Source: Candidatus Methanophaga sp. AG-394-G06
Lineage (GTDB): Archaea > Halobacteriota > Syntropharchaeia > Alkanophagales > Methanospirareceae
Direction: 5' to 3'
Assembly (NCBI GenBank): GCA_009903405.1
Contig: PRCZ01000002.1
Coordinates: 912-64,911 of the forward strand
Length of the DNA stretch: 64,000 nucleotides
Below, one piece after another: positions 30,310-40,192 of the stretch. Every line of letters starts with the position of its first letter. The first letter of the stretch is position 1. Below the pieces are notes generated by a model. That model searched no databases and was not told the DNA's origin. It worked only from the letters and a program-made list of their open reading frames with translations. The translations under genes were made by a program, and so were the position numbers.

Positions 30310-31140
30310 CTAAACCACATTCATAGAAAAGCCTAACCACCTCGCAGAATGAGTGATCATGCCAATTGAGATGACGTCAACGCCCGTAGAAGCGAATTCT
30401 TTTATGTTATCCATGTCCATCCCACCAGAAGCCTCCACAATCACCCTATCACGAACTGCTCGCTCATTCAGCAACTTTACGCACGTCCGTACTTCTGCTG
30501 CCGACATGTTATCCAGCATAATTATGTCAACATCCAATTCCGCTACGCTTAGTGCATCCTCTACACTCTCAACCTCCACTTCGATTTTTCTTGTAAAACT
30601 GACCTTCTCTTTTGCCCGTTTTACAGCGCTCTCCATCCCCATCAGCTTTATATGATTGTCTTTTATTATTACCGCTTCGTATAATCCGAATCTATGCGGG
30701 TCGCCGCCGCCGATAGTTATTGCTTTCTTTTCGTATTTTCTGAATCCAGGTGTCGTTTTCCTCGTTCCTGCAACCAAAACACGCTCGTTTACCGCTCTTA
30801 CCTCATTTACACATCTATCCGTTAAAGTTGCAACACCACTCATCCGGCCCAAGAAATTAAGCACTAGTCTTTCCGCCTTCAATATCTTCGCACCCGCGCC
30901 TCTAATAGTCAAAATAATATCGCCACTTTTTACTCTAGCCCCATCTTCAAATTCGGTGGAGTACTGAACACCTAAGTAGTCAAATATCTGTTTCACATCC
31001 TCTAAACCCGCAAGGACACCTTCTTCATTCACCTGTATCTCAGATTTACAAGAGGTATATGGTACTATCTCTTCGTAATCCTCATGCCCTATATCTTCTT
31101 CTAAAAAAGCCTCTATCTCTTTCAGCAGCATTTGTAACAA
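30310..31140 (-). CDS. nadC: Nicotinate-nucleotide pyrophosphorylase (carboxylating)
   Basis: GTRKTTPG, HRFGL, IKDNH, EVEVE, IMLDN, EASGG. Confidence 0.95.
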   Translation of the reverse strand: MLQMLLKEIEAFLEEDIGHEDYEEIVPYTSCKSEIQVNEEGVLAGLEDVKQIFDYLGVQYSTEFEDGARVKSGDIILTIRGAGAKILKAERLVLNFLGRMSGVATLTDRCVNEVRAVNERVLVAGTRKTTPGFRKYEKKAITIGGGDPHRFGLYEAVIIKDNHIKLMGMESAVKRAKEKVSFTRKIEVEVESVEDALSVAELDVDIIMLDNMSAAEVRTCVKLLNERAVRDRVIVEASGGMDMDNIKEFASTGVDVISIGMITHSARWLGFSMNVV

Positions 31141-31208
31141 AAATTTTCCTTCTTTATAAATAAAGAAAGTTACATTTTTAGTAAAGGTTTTCGGTTACAA
31201 AAAAGTTT

Positions 31209-32060
31209 ATGGTGAAAATAAGAGTAGGTGTAGTCGGTTGCGGTTCGATAGGAAGCGAGATATGCAAGGCGATTGACAGCGATGAAGCTAATGGGCTAGA
31301 CTTGGGGATGGAACTGAAATTTTTAATAGATACGAATCAGGCAAATATAGAGCGGTTATGCAAAAGCCTGACGAAGACGCCCGATATACTAAAATATGAT
31401 AACACGGGATTGGATAGCGTTTTAGATACTGTTGACTTAGTAATAGAATGTGCATCGCAGGCTGCGGTTCGTGAATTTATAATCCCTGCATTGAAAAAGG
31501 GTAAAGAAGTGATGCTATTAAGCGTTGGCGCACTGCTATGCGAGCCAGGCCTTTTTGAAGAGATCCAAAGGATAGCAAAGGAGAAGGGATGTAAAGTGTA
31601 TATCCCGTCAGGCGCCGTAGCGGGTATAGATGGGCTAAAATCCGGTGCTATTGGTGGGATACACAAAGTGGAATTGACGACAAAAAAGCCACCATCGGGA
31701 TTTGAAGGCAATAGATATGTGAAGGGGCAGGGAATAGACCTGTCATCAATAAAGAAAGCGGAAACATTGTTCATGGGCCATGCGAAGGAAGCGGTAAAAT
31801 ATTTCCCTGAGAACGTGAACGTAGCAGCTTCTTTGAGTATTGCTGGGATAGGCTCCGAGGCAACGAAAGTGAAAATAGTTGCTGACCCATCTGCGAAGAA
31901 GAATGTGCATGAGATTGTGGTAACGGGCGAATTCGGTAAATTTTTCGTCTGTATAGAGAATGTGCCTTCAATTGCAAATCCAAAGACGAGCTATTTAGCT
32001 GCTCTTTCTGCTATTGCTACTCTTAAGAGCATATCCTATCCAATAAGGGTTGGGACATAA
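31209..32060 (+). CDS. nadX: L-aspartate dehydrogenase
   Basis: GCGSIG, ECAS, SGA.AG.D, FPENVNVAA, NPKTSYLAALS; divergent from nadC. Confidence 0.92.
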   Translation: MVKIRVGVVGCGSIGSEICKAIDSDEANGLDLGMELKFLIDTNQANIERLCKSLTKTPDILKYDNTGLDSVLDTVDLVIECASQAAVREFIIPALKKGKEVMLLSVGALLCEPGLFEEIQRIAKEKGCKVYIPSGAVAGIDGLKSGAIGGIHKVELTTKKPPSGFEGNRYVKGQGIDLSSIKKAETLFMGHAKEAVKYFPENVNVAASLSIAGIGSEATKVKIVADPSAKKNVHEIVVTGEFGKFFVCIENVPSIANPKTSYLAALSAIATLKSISYPIRVGT

Positions 32061-32062
32061 AA

Positions 32063-33346
32063 ATGAATCAGAAGGAACTGATGAAGAGATTTTTGGACTT
32101 AGAAGACGAGGAAGAAGTGATAGTCGAAGCATGGTCTCTTTTTATCGCGGTACAAAAGGTGTTTAGAGACGCAGAAGCGGGTATTATAAGCAAAAGGGAA
32201 CGCGATAAAGTGCAGAGGGATTTTATCAAGCATATGCGAAAGAATAAGCTGGGGATGCAGGACGAGGAGGATAAGCTGAAAGCACATGAGGTGGCCATAA
32301 TCAAAGAAGGCATGGCTAAAAACGAGATAACACCTTTAAGCATCTTCGACATCTGGCTTATAGCGGATTTTAAAGATGTCTGCGCTGCGTATGTGGCAGA
32401 CGATCTGAGTAGCGTAGAAGGCGTTCCTGATAGGATGATAGAGTTCTTGGAAGATCCTTCTGTTGATGGACGAATGAAGGAGCGATTGATAGAAAAAGAC
32501 ATAGCGAAGGGTGAAAAACTTCTGAAAACGGTTATTGACGATATCCCTACGGATGTGAACGCCCATTTATTACTCGTTGAGCTTTACGATAGGGAAGAGC
32601 GACATGTAGAAGCAGAAGCGGAATACAAACGATTTCTAAGTGAGACAGACGATGAAGTCGTGTGGGCGAATTATGGTCACTTCCTGGAGAAGAGAGAGAG
32701 ATATGATGAATCTCTTGATGCGTTCAAAAATAGTTTGGCAGGTTGCGAGCGTGCAGGGAAAGAAGAGTACCGTGGGTTTTTGGATGCGGTGAAGGACTCT
32801 ATAGATCGAGTGGAGCGAGTGAAGAACTTAGAGGGCGAGGCAGCGATAAAAGCGCGAGAATATCACGAGGCAGAGTGGTTGATAGAGGATATAAGAGAAT
32901 TCACAGAGAAAAGATTTGAAAAAGAGTTAGCAAAAGCGGAGGCAGAATACAAAGAGGAGCGGGATCTGAAAGCGATTATGCTAGAAGATGCTTTCGATTT
33001 CATAAACTGGTTTGTGTTCAACAGAAAGCTTAAGGATGGTAAGACCCCGGGACTGGTATATGCAGAGGAGAACGGGCTTAGCAGTGACATAATGGCACGG
33101 ATAGAAGGGCTTGGTAACACCGTAGCAGGCAATTTTGAGGTTGTCGGTGTGGATCGTGCAGCCTTTAAACTTATGGTTAAAAACATGACAACAGACGTGG
33201 AATACACGTTGATGGGCAATGTTCCCGAGCTAATAGAGGGGCAAACGTTTGTTGGTAAGATATATCCCTGGGTGGATTTCTATCTTACCGGCGGTGGTTT
33301 GAAGGTACAAGATGAAGAATCAAGTCAGAGTATAAATAAAGAATAA
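32063..33346 (+). CDS. TPR-containing hypothetical protein
   Basis: TPR-like helices (AHLLLVELY..AEAEYKR; WANYGHFL..YDESL..F); acidic 427-aa ORF. Confidence 0.7.
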   Translation: MNQKELMKRFLDLEDEEEVIVEAWSLFIAVQKVFRDAEAGIISKRERDKVQRDFIKHMRKNKLGMQDEEDKLKAHEVAIIKEGMAKNEITPLSIFDIWLIADFKDVCAAYVADDLSSVEGVPDRMIEFLEDPSVDGRMKERLIEKDIAKGEKLLKTVIDDIPTDVNAHLLLVELYDREERHVEAEAEYKRFLSETDDEVVWANYGHFLEKRERYDESLDAFKNSLAGCERAGKEEYRGFLDAVKDSIDRVERVKNLEGEAAIKAREYHEAEWLIEDIREFTEKRFEKELAKAEAEYKEERDLKAIMLEDAFDFINWFVFNRKLKDGKTPGLVYAEENGLSSDIMARIEGLGNTVAGNFEVVGVDRAAFKLMVKNMTTDVEYTLMGNVPELIEGQTFVGKIYPWVDFYLTGGGLKVQDEESSQSINKE

Positions 33347-33369
33347 TATACAGAACCTTCTGTAAGGAC

Positions 33370-34983
33370 ATGCCAGTAATAAAACTATATAATGCGGATT
33401 TGGAAAATCTGACCGGAGTGAGCATAGAACGGATAAAGGAGCGGCTGCCGTTACTGTGCGCAGACGTAGAGCGAATAGAGTCTGATAGTCTGGACGTGGA
33501 GTTCTTTCCAAATAGACCTGATCTGTTCAGTGTAGAGGGTGTCGCCCGTACTATGAAACAATTTCTGGACATCAAACCGGGCTTGGCAACGTATAATGTG
33601 GATAAATCGGGAATAGAAATGGTCGTGGAGACTTCCGTGCTGGAAGTGCGACCGTATATTGTTTGCGGAGTAGTCAGGGACTTGCATTTCAATTCGAGTA
33701 CAATAGAATCGTTAATGCTCTTACAAGAGCATTTACATCGCGGTATAGGCAGAAACAGGGCTAAAGTTTCGGTGGGGGTGCATGACCTGGGGAAGGTGAA
33801 ACCACCGTTTCGGTATCTTGCCGTTGACCCAGGGTTCTCTTTCGTTCCGCTCGACTACGAGGAAGAGATGAGCATGGCCGAGATTTTAGAGCGGCATCCA
33901 AAAGGAGTTGCATATAAGTATATTCTCGAAGATAAGACAAATTATCCCTTGATTCTGGATTCCCGAGGTGGTGTTATCTCTTTTCCTCCTATTATCAATG
34001 CAGAGCGGACGAGGGTAACCGAATCCACAACGGATATATTTTTAGATGTTACCGGCTTGGACGACAATGTTTCAGTAGCACTTAATATAATCGCCTGTGC
34101 GCTTGCAGAGCGAGGCGGGCAGTTACAATCGGTGGTTCTTCGTTATCCTGATGCTGAAATAGAGACGCCTTCTTTAGCACCAAAAACGATGGAGACCTCT
34201 GTGGCAGATGTCAATTCGCTTACAGGTTTAGAGTTAAGTGCAGAGGACTGCAAGAAGTGCTGCGAGCGGATGGGACTCAGTGCGAAGCTAAAACCGGATG
34301 GTCTGTTAGATGTGATAATACCTGCTTATCGGTCTGATGTACTCCATCCATGGGACGTAATCGAGGACATCGCTATCGGTTATGGCTATGACAGGATAAA
34401 GCCAGAGATTCCCGGCACGATGGTTATAGGGGAAGTGCACCCAATAGAGGATAAGAAGCGACAGGTAAGGGAAATAATGACTGGCTTGGGCTATTTTGAG
34501 GTGCTAACGTTCACGCTGACCTCAGAGCGGAAACAATTTGAGCTGATGCGACGAAAGAGGCATGAAGAAGAAGTAAAGGTAGCATCGCCGATAAGCACAG
34601 AGCATACAATGCTTAGAAGTACAATTATGCCGAATTTGCTCGATATACTTGCGCTAAACCAGCATCGTGATTTGCCACAGCGTATTTTTGAGGTTGGACC
34701 GGTGGTATTAAACATAAAGGAAAAGTACCGGCTTGCTGCTGTTTCAACACATACAAATGCAAACTTCGCTGAGGTTAGATCGGTAGTGGATTCCGTGCTC
34801 AAGGAGATGTATATGGACGAAGTGGAATTGTCGGAGTCGGAGGATGGTGCTTTTTTAGCGGGTAGAAGGGCAGATATAAAAGTGGACGGCAAGCCTATAG
34901 GCGTTTTTGGCGAACTGCATCCCGCAGTAATCCTTAATTTTGGACTTGATCATCCAGTGGTGGGGTTTGAAGTGGGGGTGTGA
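33370..34983 (+). CDS. pheT: Phenylalanine--tRNA ligase beta subunit
   Basis: PNRPDLFSVEG.AR, SFPPIIN, YRSDVLHPWDVIEDIAIGYG, GELHP. Confidence 0.95.
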   Translation: MPVIKLYNADLENLTGVSIERIKERLPLLCADVERIESDSLDVEFFPNRPDLFSVEGVARTMKQFLDIKPGLATYNVDKSGIEMVVETSVLEVRPYIVCGVVRDLHFNSSTIESLMLLQEHLHRGIGRNRAKVSVGVHDLGKVKPPFRYLAVDPGFSFVPLDYEEEMSMAEILERHPKGVAYKYILEDKTNYPLILDSRGGVISFPPIINAERTRVTESTTDIFLDVTGLDDNVSVALNIIACALAERGGQLQSVVLRYPDAEIETPSLAPKTMETSVADVNSLTGLELSAEDCKKCCERMGLSAKLKPDGLLDVIIPAYRSDVLHPWDVIEDIAIGYGYDRIKPEIPGTMVIGEVHPIEDKKRQVREIMTGLGYFEVLTFTLTSERKQFELMRRKRHEEEVKVASPISTEHTMLRSTIMPNLLDILALNQHRDLPQRIFEVGPVVLNIKEKYRLAAVSTHTNANFAEVRSVVDSVLKEMYMDEVELSESEDGAFLAGRRADIKVDGKPIGVFGELHPAVILNFGLDHPVVGFEVGV

Positions 34984-34986
34984 GAG

Positions 34987-35023
34987 ACAAGGCAAAATGC
35001 AAAATGCAAAATGCAAAGTTCAA
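34987..35023 (+). repeat. Heptamer (GCAAAAT)n + AAAGTTCAA repeat
   Basis: Relatives at 1754-1775, 17231-17265 and (reverse) 37416-37453. Confidence 0.7.
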
Positions 35024-35119
35024 CGGATTGTGATAACGAGTCTTTTAAAATCAAATAGGCGCTACTCCCTTCTTATTTTATATTTTGCATTCTAAATCTG
35101 TGTAATCCTGTGGTTAGAA

Positions 35120-36508
35120 ATGGCGATACAGATAAGAAATGGGACGGTTTACGACCCTGCGAATGGGATAGAAGGCGAAAAGATGGATATTTTCGTTGAT
35201 GATGGCAAGATCGTAGACGAAATAAAGCCGGATGTGATAATAGATGCTACGGACAAAACGGTAATGGCAAGCGGGATAGATGTGCACAGTCATGTGGCAA
35301 CTTATGGCTTGAACTTAGCGCGATTTACGTTTGGCTTTCCCACTGTGGGTGAGATAGGGGATGCATATGCCCTGATGGGGTATACGCATGTGAACGAGCC
35401 GTTAATGACCTTGAATACCGCGAGTTACGTGCATCACGAACTCAGCAGTATACCCTTGGTGGACACATCAGCACTCATTGTTCTAAGCTTGTATGATATA
35501 GATAAAGAGATAAGAGAAGGAGATAAGGCAAGTGTGAAAAGAGCCCTGCCACTTCTTTTGGACCTCACTAAGTCCATAGGCATAAAAATATACGATGTAC
35601 GGGTTCGATATGCAAAGAAAGGGTTCTTTTATCGTGATATAGACGTTACGAAATGCTTGAAATTCTTTTATGAGCTAGTCGAGGAGCCGAAGATTCTGTT
35701 GAGGACATATCCGGAGTTGTTGGACGAAGATACGAGTGTTTTACGTGGCTTCTGCATGGCTCATATCGGCTCGGGCATAGAAGATGACGCGCGATACGAA
35801 GCGGCGATAGAGATATTAAATAAGGGTGGCGCTGTTGATCTCGGCATTGTTAGTCCGTATCAGGATGAAGCTGTAAATATGCGGATTGGCTATAGGGCAG
35901 CAACAGAAAAGTTCGTGAGCATGGATATCGGGTTAGAGCAGCCGTTGATAATTTCTGAAGTAGACGAGAAGAGAGAAGGGAATAATAAGTCACTGAGATT
36001 TGCATTGGACGCATTAGAATATCTACCGTCTTCCAACATCTCCTTTTCTACCGATAGCCCCAGCGGGTGTTTGTTTTCTTCGTATCCTAAGCTATTCGCG
36101 TGGCTGCTGAGTCGCGGTAATAGAAAAGAGCAGATGCCAGATGTTGAGTATTCGTTATACGAACTTGCCGAGATAACGAGGACTAATCCGGCACGGCAGC
36201 TTGGGTTAGAGAATAAAGGGCATTTGGGTATTGGTGCGGATGCGGATATTGCGATATATGACATGGATGAAAATACAGATGGAAGAGAGTTAGAGAAGCG
36301 GCTGGGTAATTGCTCGTTCCTTTTGAAAGATGGAGAAGCGATAATAAGAGAAGGGAAGTTGAATAAAGAAAGAGCGAGAAAAGAGACGTTTTTTTTTGTG
36401 CCGGAAGTAAAAGAAAAGGCATACAAAAGTGAACTGATAGAGCGTATATGCAATAGGAGGTCGTTTAGGGCTGAGCATCTAAGGGTGGATGAATGTTTTT
36501 TGCACTAA
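35120..36508 (+). CDS. fwdA: Formylmethanofuran dehydrogenase subunit A-like amidohydrolase (short, divergent)
   Basis: NG.VYDP.NG..GE.MDI, GIDVHSH, GYT..EP, YSLYELA.ITR.NPA..LGL..KGHLG.GADADIAIY. Confidence 0.7.
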   Translation: MAIQIRNGTVYDPANGIEGEKMDIFVDDGKIVDEIKPDVIIDATDKTVMASGIDVHSHVATYGLNLARFTFGFPTVGEIGDAYALMGYTHVNEPLMTLNTASYVHHELSSIPLVDTSALIVLSLYDIDKEIREGDKASVKRALPLLLDLTKSIGIKIYDVRVRYAKKGFFYRDIDVTKCLKFFYELVEEPKILLRTYPELLDEDTSVLRGFCMAHIGSGIEDDARYEAAIEILNKGGAVDLGIVSPYQDEAVNMRIGYRAATEKFVSMDIGLEQPLIISEVDEKREGNNKSLRFALDALEYLPSSNISFSTDSPSGCLFSSYPKLFAWLLSRGNRKEQMPDVEYSLYELAEITRTNPARQLGLENKGHLGIGADADIAIYDMDENTDGRELEKRLGNCSFLLKDGEAIIREGKLNKERARKETFFFVPEVKEKAYKSELIERICNRRSFRAEHLRVDECFLH

Positions 36509-36547
36509 AGCACGACGATTATATGATTTGAGCAGTTCCTTACTAAT

Positions 36548-37390
36548 ATGTCTAAAATCATGACTGAAAATTTAATCTCCAATCAGGACCAGGATTTTGA
36601 AGTTCTAAAATGCCAGATACTTAAAGATAAAGGATTTGATTGCAACCAATACAGGGATACGTATATAAAAAGAAGACTTGCCATTCGGTTAAGAGCGAAC
36701 AACTTGCATTCATACAGGGATTATGCAGAGCTTCTGAATAGTGACCCTATGGAATACAATGAACTGATGGCAGCATTCACGATAACCGTTTCCGAGTTCT
36801 TTCGCGACACTTCGGTTTTTGACTATTTCAGAAAAAACGTTATACCCTCACTTATAGAGGACAAGCGGAAGAAGAAGCAGAAGATAATACGGATTTGGAG
36901 TGCCGGGTGTGCATCTGGAGAGGAAACGTATTCTATCGCAATTTTGATGTACGATTTTTTAGGTGCAACCCCCGAAAACTTCATTATTTCTATTCATGGC
37001 ACGGATATTAACGGTGATAGCATAGCAAAAGCGAAGAAAGGCGAATATACTTTTGAAGAGGTCAAGAATGTTGGGGCAGATTCTTTGTCACAGTATTTCG
37101 TTTTTGATCAGGGGAAATATAGGGTCAGTGATAAGATAAAAGAGCTTGTGAAATTTGAAAAGCATGATTTGATTTCCGGTAAGCCACTTGCGCATTTTGA
37201 TGTAATCTTTTGTAGGAACGTGTCCATATTTTTTTCAAATGCTATGCATGAAAGGCTGCACATGGAGTTCTGCAATGCTTTGAATAATGATGGCTTTTTC
37301 GTTTTGGGAAAGACAGAGATGCTATATGGTACTGCAAGGAAATTGTTTAAGCATGTCAATGCGAAGGAGGGAATATATCAGAAAATGTAA
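36548..37390 (+). CDS. cheR: Chemotaxis protein-glutamate methyltransferase
   Basis: TITVSEFFRD, RIWSAGCASGEE.YS, DVIFCRNV.I, LGKTE. Confidence 0.92.
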   Translation: MSKIMTENLISNQDQDFEVLKCQILKDKGFDCNQYRDTYIKRRLAIRLRANNLHSYRDYAELLNSDPMEYNELMAAFTITVSEFFRDTSVFDYFRKNVIPSLIEDKRKKKQKIIRIWSAGCASGEETYSIAILMYDFLGATPENFIISIHGTDINGDSIAKAKKGEYTFEEVKNVGADSLSQYFVFDQGKYRVSDKIKELVKFEKHDLISGKPLAHFDVIFCRNVSIFFSNAMHERLHMEFCNALNNDGFFVLGKTEMLYGTARKLFKHVNAKEGIYQKM

Positions 37391-37474
37391 AAACGCAAGA
37401 TATACGATAGGGATATTGAACTTTGACTTTTGCTCTTTGCATTTTGCATTGTCTGCTTAAAAATAGGTGGATTT

Positions 37475-39049
37475 TTAAGCAGACACCAACCCACCCACAT
37501 CCAAGATGAGTGCAACCGTGCCATCACCGAGTATTGTAGCACCAGCAAACTCTGTCCTACCTTTGAATCTTAATGGCTTGACTACTATCTCCTGTTGACC
37601 TATGAGTCTACCAACCATAAGCCCAAAGAATTTTTCGGCTCTTTCCACTACCACCACAGGACCTATACGATCTTTGTCCCCTGGTACGTCCAAGAGGTTT
37701 TTCAGTCTCAAGAGTGGCAGAACCCGTTCTCTATACCTAAATATCTCTTTTCCTTCAACACTTTTCAAATCCGTTTCACCAACTGCTACTATTTCACGGA
37801 TTGAATCTAATGGGATGGCATATCTTTCGTCTTCCACACCAACGAGTAATGCTTTAATAATAGCGATAGTCAAAGGCAGATGCAATTCAACGTTTGTACC
37901 TCTGCCTTTTTCTGATTTTATTCTTACGCTTCCACCCAGTGATTTGACCTTTGATGTAACAACATCAAAACCGACACCTCTGCCTGAAATATCAGTGATT
38001 TCTCTCGCCGTGCTCAGCCCGGGCTCACTCAGAAGTTCATAAACATCTGCGTCATTCATGCTCGATGCCTCCTCCTGGGTTATGATTTTCCTTTCCACTG
38101 CTATCTTTTTGAGTTCTTCTATAACTATTCCTCTGCCATCATCTTCAACGGATACAACAACATGGTTCCCTTCTCTTATTGCACTCAATATAACCTTTCC
38201 TTTATCCGTCTTACCAGCCTTCTTTCTATCTTCTGGTTTCTCTATCCCATGATCTACCGCATTACGCAACAGATGCAGTACTGCATCATTTATCTCATCA
38301 AGCACAAGACGATCAAGTTCTATCTCCTTACCAGATACAATAAAATCCAGTTCCTTTCCTGTTTTCTTGCTTAAATCTCGTACTGCTCTTGGAAACTTGT
38401 CAAATAGGTATCCAACAGGGAACATGCGCATCTGCATTACCCGGTCCTGCAATTCTGATGTGCGCCGGTCTATTGTGGCAGTTATCTCATTGAGTTCATG
38501 GCTGGCATATTTTGATGCGATCTGTAGTAGGCTCATCTTTGCTATCGCTAATTCCTCTACAAGATTCTGCAATGCCTGTATCTTTTCTATACTTATCCGT
38601 ATTGATGGACTAACTCTCCCGGCAACCACTCCTTCCGCTGTAACGGTTGGTCGTTCAACATCTTCTTTCTTCTCCGCTGGAATATTTTTCAGTTTTTTAT
38701 GCAATGCAGTAAAATCAAGTTTTACCGTTTTCCCGGTTGCCACACTTTCGACAAGTGTCTCAAGCCCGTCAAGGGATTCGAGCAGAAGATCAACTGTTCC
38801 TTCTTCTGGTTCTCCCCCTTTCCTCAGGACATCAAGCACATTCTCCATCTCATGCGATAGCTCTTCCATATCGGGAAATCCCATTGTGGCTGCCATGCTT
38901 TTCAGTGTGTGTACCGCCCGGAACGTTTCATTTAATGCGTCTGTGTTATCTGATTCTTTCTCCAACGTTAGCAGATTTCTACTTATGCATTGCAGATGCT
39001 CTCTTGACTCGTCTACGAACAGTTCCTTATATTGTGATACGTCAACCAT
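37475..39049 (-). CDS. cheA: Chemotaxis histidine kinase CheA (no P2 domain)
   Basis: Hpt FRAVHTLKS, HLLRNAVDHGIE, DDGRGI, SGRGVG.DVV, C-terminal CheW-like domain; 524 aa. Confidence 0.93.
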   Translation of the reverse strand: MVDVSQYKELFVDESREHLQCISRNLLTLEKESDNTDALNETFRAVHTLKSMAATMGFPDMEELSHEMENVLDVLRKGGEPEEGTVDLLLESLDGLETLVESVATGKTVKLDFTALHKKLKNIPAEKKEDVERPTVTAEGVVAGRVSPSIRISIEKIQALQNLVEELAIAKMSLLQIASKYASHELNEITATIDRRTSELQDRVMQMRMFPVGYLFDKFPRAVRDLSKKTGKELDFIVSGKEIELDRLVLDEINDAVLHLLRNAVDHGIEKPEDRKKAGKTDKGKVILSAIREGNHVVVSVEDDGRGIVIEELKKIAVERKIITQEEASSMNDADVYELLSEPGLSTAREITDISGRGVGFDVVTSKVKSLGGSVRIKSEKGRGTNVELHLPLTIAIIKALLVGVEDERYAIPLDSIREIVAVGETDLKSVEGKEIFRYRERVLPLLRLKNLLDVPGDKDRIGPVVVVERAEKFFGLMVGRLIGQQEIVVKPLRFKGRTEFAGATILGDGTVALILDVGGLVSA

Positions 39050-39111
39050 TAATTTATTGTAATCATCATTTAATTTATTCTTTTCCCGCTTTTTATTATC
39101 TCATTTTGTCC

Positions 39112-39264
39112 TCATTTCATTGCGCATTTCTTCGGCTGAGACGCTATTACATCATCCAGATAGCAATCCTCACACAGCTTAAGACCTCCGAACTCGTAAA
39201 CATCTCCGGATATTGGCTTGCCACATTTCTCGCATTTTATGTTTGTCTTAACGCTCTTTTCCAT
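39112..39264 (-). CDS. 50-aa Zn-finger microprotein (not in ORF track)
   Basis: MEKSVKTNIKCEKCGKPISGDVYEFGGLKLCEDCYLDDVIASQPKKCAMK*; two CxxC. Confidence 0.7.
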   Translation of the reverse strand: MEKSVKTNIKCEKCGKPISGDVYEFGGLKLCEDCYLDDVIASQPKKCAMK

Positions 39265-39277
39265 TTTTAACGTTTAG

Positions 39278-39372
39278 TTATGGAACTATTCCAATCGCTC
39301 CTCGCGGGCAAGTCATCATGCAGTTAGTGCAACAGATGCCTGCCAGGCTAATAATGGCGATGATTGTTGCAT
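39278..39372 (-). pseudogene. Internally deleted copy of the ferredoxin gene at 52620-52931
   Basis: MQQSSPLLAWQA joined out of frame to ICCTNCMMTCPRGAIGIVP*, cf. [12 protein letters not shown]...[19 protein letters not shown]. Confidence 0.75.
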
Positions 39373-39435
39373 AGCGCTCTAAACTAAAAAATAAAAAAAG
39401 GACAGAGTTATCTCCTCCTTTTCCTCTACCTACTT

Positions 39436-39603
39436 CTACTTGCAAAAGGCACAACTGTCATCGGAAGCGCCGATACTGCAGCTCATGCGGTTTTCAGCGT
39501 ATAGTTTTGACCCGCACTTCTGACAAACCATAATGCGTCCAAGTTCTTTGTGGTCCGCTTCCATTCTACTCCCTTCATTTCCACACAATTCGCATTTACC
39601 CAT
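39436..39603 (-). CDS. 55-aa Cys-rich microprotein (not in ORF track)
   Basis: MGKCELCGNEGSRMEADHKELGRIMVCQKCGSKLYAENRMSCSIGASDDSCAFCK*; three CxxC. Confidence 0.7.
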   Translation of the reverse strand: MGKCELCGNEGSRMEADHKELGRIMVCQKCGSKLYAENRMSCSIGASDDSCAFCK

Positions 39604-39642
39604 TTTGTTCTCTTCCTGCTTCTAATTAACCCTCTCTACTCT

Positions 39643-39960
39643 TTACTTTCTCAGTTCTTCCAGTCTCTTCTTTATCTGCTCTAACTGGTCCCCAAGCATC
39701 TGTGCCTGCGATTCGAGCATAGAAATCTCCTGCTCTTTCGGCACTGCTGCCATGCCCATTGGTGCAACCGGTGCAACTGCTGGTGCTTGCTGCTGTATCC
39801 AAGAAGCAAACTGCGGCATCTGTCCTGTCTGTGTGAGATACTGTGCACCCGGCGGCATTCCCGTTGGGCTTCTTCCTACCCAACCCGGAGAGTATCCAAA
39901 TCGCATCCAGCCGGGTAAACCAGTCAGATAATACATGTTTCTCCTTCCATATCCACCCAT
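39643..39960 (-). CDS. DUF5320-like protein, copy 1
   Basis: RNMYYLTGLPGWMRFG motif, Pro/Ala/Gln linker, C-terminal coiled coil; GGAGG RBS. Confidence 0.8.
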   Translation of the reverse strand: MGGYGRRNMYYLTGLPGWMRFGYSPGWVGRSPTGMPPGAQYLTQTGQMPQFASWIQQQAPAVAPVAPMGMAAVPKEQEISMLESQAQMLGDQLEQIKKRLEELRK

Positions 39961-39987
39961 TTTTTTCTTATTGCCTCCTAAATTCTT

Positions 39988-40191
39988 TTACGGTCTTGTC
40001 ATTTTAGATCCGCATTTTGGGCAGGTCTGCTGATAGCATGGTACCCCCGTTGGATGCGGCATTGTATAGCCACAATTTGGGCATCGACATTCTCCGCTGG
40101 GGCCCAATCCGCTGCCACCCATTCTCCCTCGCCCTTGACCTCCTCGTCCTACTCCTTGACCCCTTCCGCCTCCTCTACCCATACCACTCAT
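39988..40191 (-). CDS. RGG-rich small protein with CxCPxCG..CPxCG Zn/Fe site, copy 1
   Basis: GMGRGGGRGQG..GPSGECRCPNCG..GVPC..CPKCGSKM. Confidence 0.8.
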   Translation of the reverse strand: MSGMGRGGGRGQGVGRGGQGRGRMGGSGLGPSGECRCPNCGYTMPHPTGVPCYQQTCPKCGSKMTRP

Positions 40192-40192
40192 C

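Noticed and set aside
39626-39883. Alternative-frame ORF duplicated at 53015-53284
   Set aside because: Overlaps the DUF5320-like gene in another frame; its conservation is explained by the identical DNA
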